Assembly (NCBI RefSeq): GCF_000281045.1
Contig: NW_008246082.1
Location: forward strand, 191,279 to 227,830
DNA length: 36,552 nt
Direction: 5' to 3'
Origin: Saprolegnia diclina VS20
Taxonomy: Eukaryota
Under the pieces are notes generated by a model. That model was given only the letters and a program-made list of their open reading frames with translations. It searched no databases and had not been told where the DNA came from. Both the position numbers and the translations under genes were made by a program. Shown one piece after another: positions 1-16,901 of the stretch. Every line of letters starts with the position of its first letter. Positions within the stretch are counted from its first letter, which is position 1.

Positions 1-262
1 TGATCTCGTACAGCGGCGTGCCAGAAGTAGCGCTGTCACTCACGAGCTGGTCAATGGCCCCGGACGAGTGCGTCGCCGAGTCAAAGACGCACCGAATGAC
101 CTTGGGCTTGGCCAGCGCCTCTTTGGGAAACTACGCATCCGTGAGTGCGTGCGAGAAGTGGTGACGTACTTGGCACTCGAAGGTGACGCACGAGAGGAGG
201 TCGGCGAGCCCGAGCTCGTAGCAGATCGTTGTCCCCGCTGGCAAAAACGACGCGATCTTCAT
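1..262 (-). CDS. Periplasmic-binding-protein-like (BtuF / cobalamin or Fe-siderophore binding) protein; runs off the window edge
   Basis: ATG at 262 and a 39-nt GT-AG intron at 131-169. Spliced translation is MKIASFLPAGTTICYELGLADLLSCVTFECQFPKEALAKPKVIRCVFDSATHSSGAIDQLVSDSATSGTPLYEI. This matches the recalled pattern of bacterial cobalamin-binding proteins (MRIVSLLPSATEI..LGL...GVTHECDYP...IDxxV...LYxI). Not in the ORF track. Confidence 0.75.
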
Positions 263-270
263 CGTTCGAC

Positions 271-286
271 GAAAATGCAAAGTGGC
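271..286 (-). promoter_or_regulatory. Oomycete Inr+FPR-like core promoter
   Basis: Minus strand reads GCCACTTTGCATTTTC, 9-24 nt upstream of the ATG at 262. It fits YCAYTYY followed by an FPR-like CATTTTC. Confidence 0.55.
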
Positions 287-294
287 AAAACGAA

Positions 295-367
295 TATCAA
301 CTACCGGGTTTGAACCGGTGACCTTCTCGGTGTAAACGAGACGTGATAACCACTACACCAAGCTGAT
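295..367 (-). tRNA. tRNA-Val (anticodon TAC)
   Basis: Minus strand folds as a 73-nt cloverleaf: acceptor ATCAGCT/AGTTGAT, D-arm with TGGTGTAGTGG, anticodon arm TCTCG-TT[TAC]AC-CGAGA, T-arm ACCGG-TTCAAAC-CCGGT. A TTTT follows just downstream (287-290). Confidence 0.95.
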
Positions 368-855
368 ATCTGACGCCTTGTCCAAATTGTGAGATATTAA
401 ATAGTTTTATTTTGTATTTAATTGCGTTTAGTGAGCTTTGGATGAAAGGAATTATGAGCAGCCTACCTTCTTCTAGTCATATTGGATGTTGTGAAGCCAT
501 GCTGCCGTCACCATGTCTGCGACTGGTATAATGTATACCAGACTGAAAGTGAAGAGGTTGCGCCTCGAAAACAAGTGACTAAATCCACGCAACCATACCA
601 TGCCCTGTCGCTCTGCTCGGCGACCATCGTGCATGCATGGGAGCCCACGATGACCACAGCAGACGTCCGACGTGATGCAATCGAGCGATCTTCAATGTGC
701 ACGTGTCTATGGCTCCATGGGGGCGACACCGCTTGCTTGCGTCGACGCGGAGCTGGTCGATACGACCAATTGGGTGTTTTTAGTTACCTATCTGATATTC
801 CCAGCTCGTGTTCTTCATGACCCAATTGTGATTTCGCCACGGAGGAGGTCAGACG

Positions 856-1338
856 ATGCTCTCTCGCGTGAGTCGTCGCGTCCTCGCCCGCGCGGTGCGC
901 CCCGCGCTTGTGACCAGCGTCGACGTCGATCCAATCGAGGGTACGCTGGCGACGCCGCTCCGCCTCTTTGCCTTCCGGCATAACGCCATCGTGCAAAAGC
1001 CGCCAGAACTGCACGCCGACGGCCCACTCGAGCGCCTCCAAGCGCTTCGCATCCAGCTCCACCGCGCCTTTTGCGACGAACAGCTCCAAGACACGATCGC
1101 GCACGCGTCCGACCTCTCGAGCGATGGCCTAGTCGCTCTTTTGGAGCCCGAGGTGGCGTTGCCGGCCGGCGAAGTCCGGCAGGCGTACGAGTTTGACCGG
1201 AGCGCCGGCATCCCAAACTCGAGCTTTGCGCAGTTGGGCCAGCACCTGTACACTGCAACCAACGAGGCGGCGCTTCGCAGCGAGTGGCAGCACGACGCGC
1301 GCGCCTTCCACGCCGTCGCCATCACGTGTGCGTGTTAG
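856..1338 (+). CDS. Hypothetical protein, 160 aa, probable mitochondrial presequence
   Basis: Single-exon ORF with GC3-rich codons. The N-terminus MLSRVSRRVLARAVRP is Arg-rich and free of acidic residues. Confidence 0.65.
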   Translation: MLSRVSRRVLARAVRPALVTSVDVDPIEGTLATPLRLFAFRHNAIVQKPPELHADGPLERLQALRIQLHRAFCDEQLQDTIAHASDLSSDGLVALLEPEVALPAGEVRQAYEFDRSAGIPNSSFAQLGQHLYTATNEAALRSEWQHDARAFHAVAITCAC

Positions 1339-1426
1339 GAGGTGTGTATAATGTACTTCAATAGTGACGCTATGATCAAACGCACGCATCTCTACACTGT
1401 CCTCTAGCCTCGATCATCCGATTGTG

Positions 1427-3417
1427 CTAGCCCAACAGCTCCTTCTTCCACTTGGCCACGAGTGCTTGGGACGCGTTGGCCACGTGCTCGGACGGATGCT
1501 TTCGCAGCTTGTTGATGCTCCGCCCGAGGCCCGTGGCCTTGAGCGTCTCGACCGTCAGCCGCATCGTGTTGAGCGCCGTGAGCATATCCAGCGCCACAAA
1601 CTCGTCGAGCGCCTTCATGTCGGTTGTCGCTTCCAAAAGCGCAAGAATGCGCGACAAGTCGGCGCCCTACACACCATCAGCGTCGCTACGTCAAGCGTCC
1701 AGCGTATCCGCGAGCGTACGAGCAGTGGCGTGGCGGCTTCGACGGTCGCGGCTTTTGCCAGCACTTCCCGAACACTCGCCTTCATGCGGCTGCGCTTGAG
1801 ATCCGACTCTAAATGCTCGGCGCTCGCTACGCGCTGCACAGGACCGTATGAGATACCATGGACGCGGCGAGAGATGGCACGTACGCGCTCGTGCTCGGTG
1901 GCCGCGAGGCGCTCGAGGTGCTGCAAAATCGACGCGTCGGCAAGCGCTGGCGCATACCCATTGAAGCGCGGCTCCGAGAGCGTGAAGAGCGCAGCCGCGG
2001 CCTTGTGCACGAGTTCTTCGGACGTCTCCGTCTCGCGCTGGCGCCACCCGCCGTCCGGCTGTTGGACGCAGAGCATGAAGGCCATGGCGCGCTCGAGCAC
2101 GGCCTTGGGCGTCGGCTGGAAGCACTTGAGCGCCTACGCACCCCACCACACATTGAGCACTAGGCTAGCCACAGAGGCACTGTGTACGCGGGCAAAGACG
2201 CCGAGTAGGTGCACGTCGCTGCGAGCCAAGTGCGTATCAAAGTGCTGCACCATGAAGTGGTACTCGTGCGGCAAGAGGTCCTATAGCGGCGATGATATCG
2301 TCTTCGTAAGTTAGGGCGATCGTACAAGCGCCAGCTGCAACGATCCGTGGTGGGTCAGTGTCAGCACGAGACGTGCCACGAGGTAGCACTGGTCCAAGTA
2401 CTCTCTGTCCGTGAGCTCATGCGGCGGCGCATATGGATACAGCGTCACGACCCATTTCAACACCTATGCACAGAGGATTTCGTGGTGAGAGAAGTCATAC
2501 GGAAGCGCGTACGCTGGCGTAGGTGCAGCCGATGAAGATGTCGAGGCGCGCTGCAAACCACGTGAGTGTGAGTGCGTTCGTGAGCTTTTGATAGCACGAC
2601 TGCTTCGAGTCCGAGTGCGCGCACGCGGTCGCGGGGTCCCACCCAAAGTAGTCCTAGCCCAAAGTTACTCTTCACGGCCGCGATATGGCTTGCGAATGCG
2701 AGGTACCATGGGTGTGTACGGCGTCATTTGGTTGCTCAGAAAGTAGCGCAGCTCGAGGAGCCGAGGATGCTGCATGTGGCAACAGCTAAATGTGTAGGCC
2801 GACGAGATGCAGTCGAGCACCTGCAGCCATACGCTATGAGGATACACATCATACAAGCGACGGGCGCGTACTTGCAATGGCGTCGGCGCGGTGCCGGGCA
2901 CCCACTCGGGCAGGACGGGTGTGTCGAGGTACTGGCTCGCGAGCTGCCGCGCAAACACCAAGACCGTGCGATGCACATCGCGCTCGGCCGTGATCTCGGC
3001 AAGGTCGCAGAGGTACTGTATTGCGTCGAGACCGCAGATGGCAAACACGTCTGGCGCCTTGGCGATCTGGTAGAGGTACCGGAGGCCGGGAATGAGCGCC
3101 GCCGATCGCATCTCTGCCTTCCACACTGGCTCCTTGACGATCGTGCTCGCATCCGCTGCCATGCTCGAGCGCTGCAAGATGCTGTGCATGATGCGCTTTA
3201 CGAGATCCTTGTGGTGCGTCAAGCTCAAGCTCAGCGTCTTCTCGACGTGCTGGCGCACCACCTTGAGGCTGCGCGCGTCCGCGTTGTCCTTGTTCTTGAG
3301 CATGAAGGCTTCAATGCACTCCTTGATCTTCGCCTCGAGCTCCGGAGACACAACCTTTGGCGCGATGATGATGGACGTTCCGCCCGCGCCCATGCGCGTC
3401 CACATGCCATTCGCCAT
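1427..3417 (-). CDS. Multi-exon protein: DEK-C-like domain, central helical (alpha/alpha-barrel-like) domain, C-terminal TFIIS-N/Med26-like domain
   Basis: N-terminal ELEAKIKECIEAF...SLKVVRQHVEKTLSLSLTHHKDLVKRIM (DEK-C pattern). Central DQCYLVARVVLTL...PHEYHFM...AMAFMLCVQQPDGGW. C-terminal LTVETLKATGLGRSINKLRKHPSEHVANASQALVAKWK (TFIIS-N pattern). Several short GT-AG introns. Confidence 0.75.
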
Positions 3418-3906
3418 CGCAACGGCAATATGACCTCTCGGATCCGATACTTTGGAAATATATCATGCCACACAGGAACCCACTAAATTCGGCACCTTGC
3501 CCTTGCCGATGGCTAAACCCACGCCACCACCGGTATCGCCTGGCGAATGTGCGGTGGTCTTTCATTTGGAGATGGTCACCCGTGTCGACTTGGAATTCCC
3601 ACGTAGTAGTAGTGTGCACTGGGATACGTTTCGCGCGGCGCGGACAGGTGTGGTCGATGGAAGTGGCGTGCATTTAGCTGGAGACGAAGCAACAAACGCT
3701 GCCATGCTGAACTGTCCTCGCAATGGACCCCGAGCGAATAAGGCTCGGCCATGTTGCAAGCAATGACGGACCCGCTCTTGCAGCTCATGGGTCAAGCGTG
3801 GAGGAAACTCTGCGATGTTTTGGTGTGCAGTGGGTGGACATTAAAATCGGCACGTGCCGAATGCAAATGGATGTGGGATCGCGGTTTTATCCCACAACGA
3901 AGATTG

Positions 3907-8916
<5,010 letters not shown>

Positions 8917-8992
8917 GACGTCGGTCGATGCTGGGTATTCTACTCGTCTCTGCAATAATACGTACGCACGGCTTGATTACATTTACTATCTT

Positions 8993-10198
8993 CTACGCCG
9001 ATTCGCTGCGGCGGGCAATCTCAGCAAGGAGCTCCTTGGTCGAGAGCGTCTCGAGGTTGACGGCCTCAACGTTGAGCCAGTCGACGGGGTTCTTGAGGAC
9101 TTCGAGCGTCCGCGCTTCCCACGAGCCTTCCTTCGGGATGTTCATGTACTCCCAGCGGGCCGTGAGCGGCAGCGACATGAGAATCGACTCGATGCGCGAG
9201 CCGGGCACGTTGAGGCCAAACTTGGTGCCACGGTCGTACATGACGTTGAACTCGACGTACCGGCCGCGACGCACCTGCTGCCAGTCCTTCTGCGCCTGCG
9301 TGAACGGCATGTCCTTGCGCTTGAGCATGATGGGCACATAGGCATCCAGCATCGAGTTGGCACACGACCGCGCCATCTGGAACGTCTTCTCCATGTCCTT
9401 GTCCATGTCGTCGTAGAAGAAGCCGCCAATGCCACGGTGCTCTTGACGGTGCGGGATGTAAAAGTACTTGTCGCACGTCTCCTTCATCTGCGGGTAGTAG
9501 CTCTTGTCGTGCTTGTCGAGCGCAATCTTGTAGACGGCGTGGAAGTGGCGCGCGTCCTCCTCAAAGAGGTACGCGGGCGTGAGATCGGCGCCACCGCCAA
9601 ACCACGCGAGCTTCTTGGGCTTGCCGGCTTCGTCGAGGCGACCGGTCTCGACTTCAAAGTACCGGTAGTTGAGGTGCATCGTCGGCGCCATCGGGTTGCG
9701 CGGGTGGATCACGAGCGAGACGCCGCAGGCAAAGAACGGCAGCGGCTTGTTGACCTCGAGGTTGCGGCCCTGCGAGTTCATCTGGGCAACCGCGCCCTTC
9801 TTGAGGTCGCCGTGGATGACTGAGACGTTGACACCGGCCTTCTCAAACACCTTGCCGTCCTGGATGACGCGCGAGCGGCCGCCACCGCCGTGGCCATCGC
9901 GTTCCCACTCGTCCGTGCGGAACTTGGTGCCATCGATGGCCTCCATGCCGGTGCAGATCTCGTCCTGGACGCGCAAGATCATGGCCTTCATGCGCTCGCG
10001 CATCGGCGCGGTCGTGTCAAACTCGATCGAATCGGCCGGCGTCTTGTCCGCCGACAAGGGCGCGAGGAGGAAGTCCTTGGCGTCGACCTTCTTGGCCTGC
10101 GCCGGCGCGTTGCTAGCGCCGAGGGCCATGCCCATGCCCATGGCGGCGACGGCGAGCGTCGGGTTGACGCGGCGAAGGTGGGCGACACGGCCAAACAT
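8993..10198 (-). CDS. CPOX: Oxygen-dependent coproporphyrinogen III oxidase with N-terminal targeting extension
   Basis: Intronless. Motifs GGGRSRVIQDGKVFEKAGVN, HPRNPMAPTMHLNYRYF, WFGGGADLTP, RGIGGFFYDD and RRGRYVEFNVMYDRGTKFGL. Likely start MFGRVAHLRR at 10198 (the ORF extends upstream to 10309). Confidence 0.96.
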   Translation of the reverse strand: MFGRVAHLRRVNPTLAVAAMGMGMALGASNAPAQAKKVDAKDFLLAPLSADKTPADSIEFDTTAPMRERMKAMILRVQDEICTGMEAIDGTKFRTDEWERDGHGGGGRSRVIQDGKVFEKAGVNVSVIHGDLKKGAVAQMNSQGRNLEVNKPLPFFACGVSLVIHPRNPMAPTMHLNYRYFEVETGRLDEAGKPKKLAWFGGGADLTPAYLFEEDARHFHAVYKIALDKHDKSYYPQMKETCDKYFYIPHRQEHRGIGGFFYDDMDKDMEKTFQMARSCANSMLDAYVPIMLKRKDMPFTQAQKDWQQVRRGRYVEFNVMYDRGTKFGLNVPGSRIESILMSLPLTARWEYMNIPKEGSWEARTLEVLKNPVDWLNVEAVNLETLSTKELLAEIARRSESA

Positions 10199-11743
10199 GC
10201 TCAGGGGCTGCTTGGTGGCAGATCTAAAAATGACGGGCGTAGTCGTCTGTGTGGTCAACCCACAGAGGTCCAGCAAAGTGCGTTTGCTACAAAGCGCAGT
10301 ATTTTTCATTAAGTACGACCGTACTTAAGCGTAGAAAGGCGCGGGGTGTTATGGACACGACCGCAGATGTCCGTTCTTTGCAAGTAGACTTCGCAATGTG
10401 CTTGTCTTCGTGCAGCCCCATAGACAAGTTGTCTCTCTTTAGGCTATGGTATCGGCGAAGCGAGTCGCCGCGGCGGCGCGCACGGCCGGTTGGCGCGGTG
10501 GGCTGCGGCATCCGGATGAAGGAAGAATCCCTCTGCGGGACGGACGCAATGCTGGGACTCGCGACCTTCATATTATGCACGCTGCGTGGTTATGCAGCGC
10601 AGGTACATGGATGCCGCAGCAAGCGAGGGCACCTTCAAAGAGTCGTCATTGACGAACGTAGCGACATCCGTTCGTTCGATGGTTCGTTGCCGGAGTCGGC
10701 GCAGAAAGGTCGTGTCGGGCGACTTCACTTGCCATCGGTCGGGCGTCTACTGTAGTACGCAGGACGCCAAGGGTGCATGAACGATCGAGAACCGAGCGTC
10801 GCGACAGAGCGTGGGACATGCAATCACGGCGACGAGGGTGTCGAAGCCTTCCACAGCACAAGGAGCACAAGGCCAAACGGTGGCCGCGAGAGGACAAGGC
10901 CGAGCCAAAGGTCCGATTTGTGGGCAGTTGACGGCAGTTGATGCAAGGCGGCAGGGGATGCGCGGTTTGGCGTCCGGCGAGACATGTCTGGACCCAAAGT
11001 TGAAGTTGGACAACGCAGCGACGATCGCAACCATCACCAAGTTGGTGCTCCTTGCGTTCGAGATGTCCATGCTTGGTGCTCCTACATTCCAGGGGACGCT
11101 GTGCTCAACACGACCAGCATGAGGAGGGCGATGATATGTGTAGCGTAGGCTCAACGTGCCAGCACCGTTTCGCATCACAGACAGGATACCGCGTTCATCG
11201 GACATCCACGCAAAGACGGGGCCCATGGGCGGGACCAACGCTGGCCACCACGAGCCGACTCGAGACAATTACCAGCCCTTTGACGGACCACCAACTTCTG
11301 CTCGAGCGTGCCTCCTCGGTATGCTCATGTCGTTGGTCTTGGCACTCGCGTCAACCTCAAACCCAAGAGGCTCAGGCTCTGAACGCCGCTGACCGTTGCG
11401 CACGTCGCGACGATTTGCCTCGTTGTCCGTTCGAGTCGACGGCAGAGCGGGTCCATACAGATTAGATCTTAGCCGGCTATGGGCATCTGACCATGCGCTG
11501 AGCCTTGCAGCATGAGCAAGTTCAGCCCTTCGGCACGTCAATGTGTCCATTGATGCTATGCGCATTGCCGGGACCAAGTGGGGCCTAGGCTTCCAGCGCG
11601 CCATGCACCCGCTGCCAAGTCGTGCTCGCTTACGTGGCAGAATGTCCGGATACGATGCGAGCCTTTCTGCTTCAACGTCCGGATGACGCGTAGGATCGAA
11701 GGAAGGATTTTGGAAAGCACATCTGGGCGGGCGGTCGAGCGCC

Positions 11744-14309
11744 ATGGACACCGGATATGGCTACGGCAAGGACGAAGATGGCAACGATGTCTTGACCAAG
11801 ATGCGCGAGGAAGAGTTCCCGCACATGCAAGGTACCCTCGCGTTGCTTGCTGCTGCGGTGCCACCCGCGGAGTAGGCCACGTGTACCTCGAGCACGCCGG
11901 CGCGACGATGTTCAGCGCCCACCAGCTACGAGACCACCAGCAACTTCTACTCACCAACCTGTATGGTAACCCACACAGTACATCGGCGCCCTCTGGCAGC
12001 GCCGCGGCCGCCGCCGTCGACGATCTCCGCGCGCGCCTTGCTGCCTTCTTCAATACGACGCTCGAGACGTACGACATTGTGTTTACGTCGGGCGCCACGG
12101 CCGGTCTCAAGCTCGTCGGCGAAGCCTTCCAGTTTACGAGCCAAAGTGCCTTTGTGTACAGCACCGACTCGCACAACAGCGTGCTTGGCATCCGTGCGTT
12201 CGCCCGCGACGCCGGCGCGGCCGTTGTCGCCCTGCCCACAACCGCCCTGGACGCGCTGGTCAATACACCTCGCATGGTCTCGCTTGACACTCTGCGCTAT
12301 AGGCTGTACCTGCACTCGAGACGAGTTCATTGCCAAGCAGCAAGGACGCCGACGCCGATCCTGTGTGGCACTTGTGCGCGTTTCCGGGCGAGTGCAACTT
12401 TAGCGGCGCCAAGCACCCGCTGCACCTCGTGTCAGCGATCCAAGCCAATGGCCTCGACACGCTCGACATGGCGCCGTACACGATTGCAGCCTCGAGTAGC
12501 AAGCCCGCACCCCGCGGTCGCTGGCTCGTGCTTCTGGACGCTGCCAAACTCGCTGCGACGGCACCCGTCGACCTGTCAACGGTACGGTGCATCACATCCG
12601 TCATGGCTATCATATCTGTGCTGCCTAGCACACGCCGGACTTCATGGTGCTGTCGTTCTACAAGCTTTTCGGGTACCCGACGGGCCTCGGCGCGCTCTTC
12701 ATCAAGAGAAGCAGCCAGCACGCGCTCTCGAAGCGCTACTTTGGCGGCGGCACGCTGGCCACGTCGTTGGCGTCGTCACTGCTGTCGACGCCGCGGCTCG
12801 AAATGCACCGGCAGTTTGCCGACGGCACGCCGTCCTTTCTGAGTCTTCTCGCGTGCCGTTTTGGATTGGCCAAGCTCGAGACATTGGGGATGGCTGCGAT
12901 TGGTAAGCACGTCAGTGCACTCACCACGTACCTCGTGCGGGCGCTGACGTCGCTGCGTCACGCCAACGGCCGCGCAGTGTGCGTCCTCTATGGCGACCAC
13001 CACCAACCTGAACGGCATGCCGACCACGGGTCTATTGTCGCGTGCAATTTTCTACGAAATGACGGGTGATCGCTGCATCGGGTCAACCGGGTCTCTGAGC
13101 TGTCGGCGTGTAGGAGCGCTGTGGGGTACTCGGAAGTGAACACGCTTGCGTCGTTGCACCAGATTCATCTGCGCACCGGCTGCTTTTGCAACCCGGGCGC
13201 GTGCCAGCAGTACTTGGGCTTGTCGGCCAACGCTCTCCAGACACACATTGAGCTCGGTAACCTAATTTGCGCATTGTCATTGTCAGACTATTGCAATAGG
13301 ACACACGTGCGGTGACGCTATGGACGTCATTGCCGGGCAACCGACGGGCGCCGTCCGTGTCTCTGTCGGGTACATGACCACGCAAGACGACGTTGACGCA
13401 TTTCTCTCGTTCCTCTCGACGTACATTGTCTCGTCGACCTTACCCGCCATGCTGCATGAGCCACATGCGACCCCGCTTGGCGTGCACGTCGCGGCCATCA
13501 CGCTCTTCCCGATCAAGTCGTGCGCAGGTCTCTCCGTGTCGTCGTGGCCGCTCGGGCCGCGCGGTCTCCTCTACGACCGAGAATGGGCCATCGTCGACCC
13601 CGTCTCGGGCAAGGCGCTTCGGCAAAAGGACGCTGCGCGCCTGACGCAGATTCAGCCCACCATCGACTTGACTACGAACGAGCTTGTGATGCACTGCGGC
13701 GCACTCACACCTCTACGACTGCCGCTGACGTATGCGCCGTCGACGCTGCAGGTTCTTCTTGAGATATCGCTTGTTTCTCTTGCGTTCACGATCGATGGTG
13801 CGTAGCGTCTCACAGTGTGCGCCACGGCGTGCGACGGCGGCCTCTACGACAGCCTCGTCGCTGCATGGTGCACCAAGGCGCTCGACCGGCCGTGTACGCT
13901 AGCGCGCGTCGCACCGACGTCGACAACGGCCGTTGGCTTTGCCAACGAAGCTCCGTACCTGCTGCTGTCGCGCGGCAGCGTCGCGGATATGAATGGCCGC
14001 ATGAAGACACCGGTCTCGGAGGCTGTCTTCCGCGCCAACATTGTCATTGACGGCTGCCGCCCGTACGAAGAAGACTCGTGGAAGGTCGTGCGAGTGGGTG
14101 ACACACGCTTCGATGTGCTGGGGCCGTGCAGTCGCTGCAGTATGATCAACATTGATCCGACGACGGGCGCCTTTTCGCCAGCGCCACTTCAGACCCTCGC
14201 GAGCTACCGCCGCGAGCGCGCCAAGATCTTTTTTGGTCAGTTTTTGCGGCAGCAGTCGAATGCCACCGTGCTGCTTGCTGTCGGCGACCGTGTACTTGGC
14301 GAACCCTAA
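11744..14309 (+). CDS. MOCOS: Molybdenum cofactor sulfurase (PLP-dependent NifS-like domain plus MOSC domain), multi-exon
   Basis: Motifs REEEFPHMQGHVYLEHAGAT, LYGNPHS, VFTSGAT, HNSVLGIR, FPGECNFSG, VLLDAAK, SFYKLFGYPTGLGAL (PLP Lys), LRTGCFCNPG (catalytic Cys), FPIKSC, LLYDREW, FANEAPYLL, FRANIVI and PCSRCSMINID. Confidence 0.94.
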
Positions 14310-14596
14310 CCCTCCCAGACCAAACGCCAAGGCGGAGCATCTAGTTGGATAATCCCTTGTCCATGCAGTGCAATTGCGTCTAATATCACTGCCATCAACA
14401 TCCTTGCTCATACTACTGCAGCAGATTGCGGAGAGTGGGCTTAGAGCGCGTGACGTCGAGTACACTCTACCTTATTTACACGTGTGCTCGCTAGCTACTC
14501 TGTACTGTACACTGCGCCTATGATATCGTATTACGTCTACACCTACACTACCACTAAACTACTCGACAGATATAAACCTACTTGGTACGAATTTGC

Positions 14597-15576
14597 CTAG
14601 GCGTACGGCCGATGGTGCGACGGCCCCGCGGCCGTCTGCGCCATGAAGTCGAGGACAATGTGGTACAGCCCCGACTCGTCGATGGTCGGGCGGTTCGGCG
14701 GCCCTTGGAGGTACTCGACAAAGTGCTTGTGGCACTGCGCTGCGTACGCCGCGTCGTTCATCTTGAGCTGCGAGTAGAGGTCGGCGAAATTTGGAAAGAT
14801 CTCCATGACCAGACGCATCTCGCCTTCTTCGCCGTCGTCGTCCTCAATGACCTCGAGCATCTCGGTCACGACCTCACCCGCGCAGCGCTCCAAGCCTACG
14901 CAACACTTGCAATCAGCGCAACGTTGACGACGAGAGACGCACCGAGAAGACCGTCGCGTTTGATCTTGAGCTGCTCAAAGGCCGCCTTGTCTTGCTTGGC
15001 GGCGGCGACGCTACCGAGCTCCAAGCCCGCGGCCTTGGCCTATACCCCCGATACGTCGTTAGATTTCTCGACACGCAAGGTCATGCACCTCGGCGTCAAG
15101 CTGCGTAAGCATCGCATCGGGGAACGGAAGCCGCGTCTCGGGCTCGGAAAAGTCGCCAGTCGCGAGGATGTACTGGACGAGGCTCTCAATGTTGTAGACA
15201 ACGATCGTTCCGTTGGGACGCGCAAAGCGAAACTACGAGAACATGTGAGGAGAGATCGGTGGTTCAATCGTCGAGGTACCGTGTGGGGCCCGAGCTCCGT
15301 GAGCATGATCGGGTCGACTGTGTTGAGCCCGCTCGAGGCCTTGGCCGTCTTGGTCGTCTTGCGCCACCAGTACTTGGCCTTGGTCTTCTTGCCCTTCTTC
15401 CGCTTCTTCTTCTTGCTCTTGCCGACCGCGGACGCATGCGCGCGCTTGGCGTGCTGCATCTGGCGCTGGAGCGCCTGGTGGAGCTCGAGCTTGGAGAGGT
15501 GGCGGAAGTACTTCATGCCCATGACCCGCGCGAGGCCGTGGAGCTCGTCCATCGACGGGCACGATCGCGTCTCCAT
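14597..15576 (-). CDS. Hypothetical protein: Rho-N/HeH-like N-terminus, Lys-rich NLS, U-box/RING-like central motif (about 4 exons)
   Basis: Spliced translation: ELHGLARVMGMKYFRHLSKLELHQAL, then KSKKKKRKKGKK, then DPIMLTELGPHT|..ARPNGTIVVYNIESLVQYILATGDFSEPETRLPF, then an acidic helical C-terminus. Stop at 14597. Confidence 0.7.
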
Positions 15577-16901
15577 GCGTCTCGGAGGCTTCAAAAACGG
15601 AAATGACCAACCTTTCTTCGGTCGCAGCTCAACCGGTTCTTCGACTCGCGCGACTTGCGCGCTGTGAAAAAGCCTTCAACCTTAAAGATTGGCCGATTCG
15701 CTTAGATAAGTACACGCCGTCGGACACGGCGCCTGGCTAATCGCACGCCACCGTAGCCCCGACACTTGCCACGCGAGAGGGCTCGGCGGCGCGACACCCT
15801 CAGGCGATCGCTCCCGAAACGAGAACCACATAGCACAACACACTAGCTACAAGACGAGGACGTCAACTGTGAGACCACTGCTTCCAAGCAATGCCGGTGC
15901 AGTGAAATGGAGTTGTAAGTGGCAAGATACGCGAGCACAGCATTCCTGAAGGCGCCACCTTATTGTGTATGGTCGACTGTATGCGTTGTTGACAGTGCAA
16001 TGCGCACGCAGCGAGCAACAAGGCTGGCACAGCCGACGTGTCTTTGCTGCGATGCGGCGTGGACATGGCCACGCAGGTGGCCCAGTATGTGCAGGATGCG
16101 TCGTCATTGAAGCACCGCAAAAGGCCTTGCTGTTGGGGTCTGATCGCACTGGCTTCTTCATACTGATCTGCAATGAGGGTGGCGATCCTTGACGTCATCC
16201 TGCAGGTAGCAGCTGCATTCTTGGGTGTTTCTAGCCGACGTGGCGGGCTTCGTTACACGACTGCTCTTTTTCCAACGTTTTATGGGAATACCTGTTGAAA
16301 CCCATGCACCGTGCGTTCTGATTGGTCATCGAGTATGACAGGGGCGACGCCGGGTGCTTGATTGGGATGCTTTCTCCCCTACCCCTGCGGCGACGGCTGA
16401 TTTTGGCCAATCCAATCGCGCAGAACACGAAGATCGGCATCTGATTGGAGAGAAAGTCCGAATTGAGAACAAGATCCCAACGAGGTTTTCTGTGTGAAAC
16501 AGGCCGATCTTGCCTAAAATGAGGGCTAACCTCCGAATTGTATGCCGAAATCAGGATTCATGGCGGTCGACAAAAAAATAGAAGCCGTCTTCGAAATCTT
16601 TCTATCGAAGAGCGCAAGATGCAATAAAAAGCCAGAATGACTGGCCGTTTGTATGCAACCGGGATGCTGGTCGAAGCTCGCGCTTCGGTTGGGAGCGATC
16701 GACGCCGTCGCCTCCGGCCATCGGAGCCAGTCAGCCTCGAACCAAACTTGCGTCCGCCGCGTCATACTGTACGACCGCGGATTTGGAACCGAGACTCTTA
16801 TTTAACTTTCCTCCATTTGCTGCCGGCGCTCGTGACGTGGCAGCGCTCAGAGCTCAGAGCTGGAGGTCAGAGCTCCGAACACCGGACTTTGTTCTTTGAT
16901 C

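Noticed and set aside
15700..16880. Short ORFs and a cluster of CCAAT/ATTGG boxes (~16320-16450)
   Set aside because: No convincing gene model could be built, and CCAAT boxes are common promoter elements.
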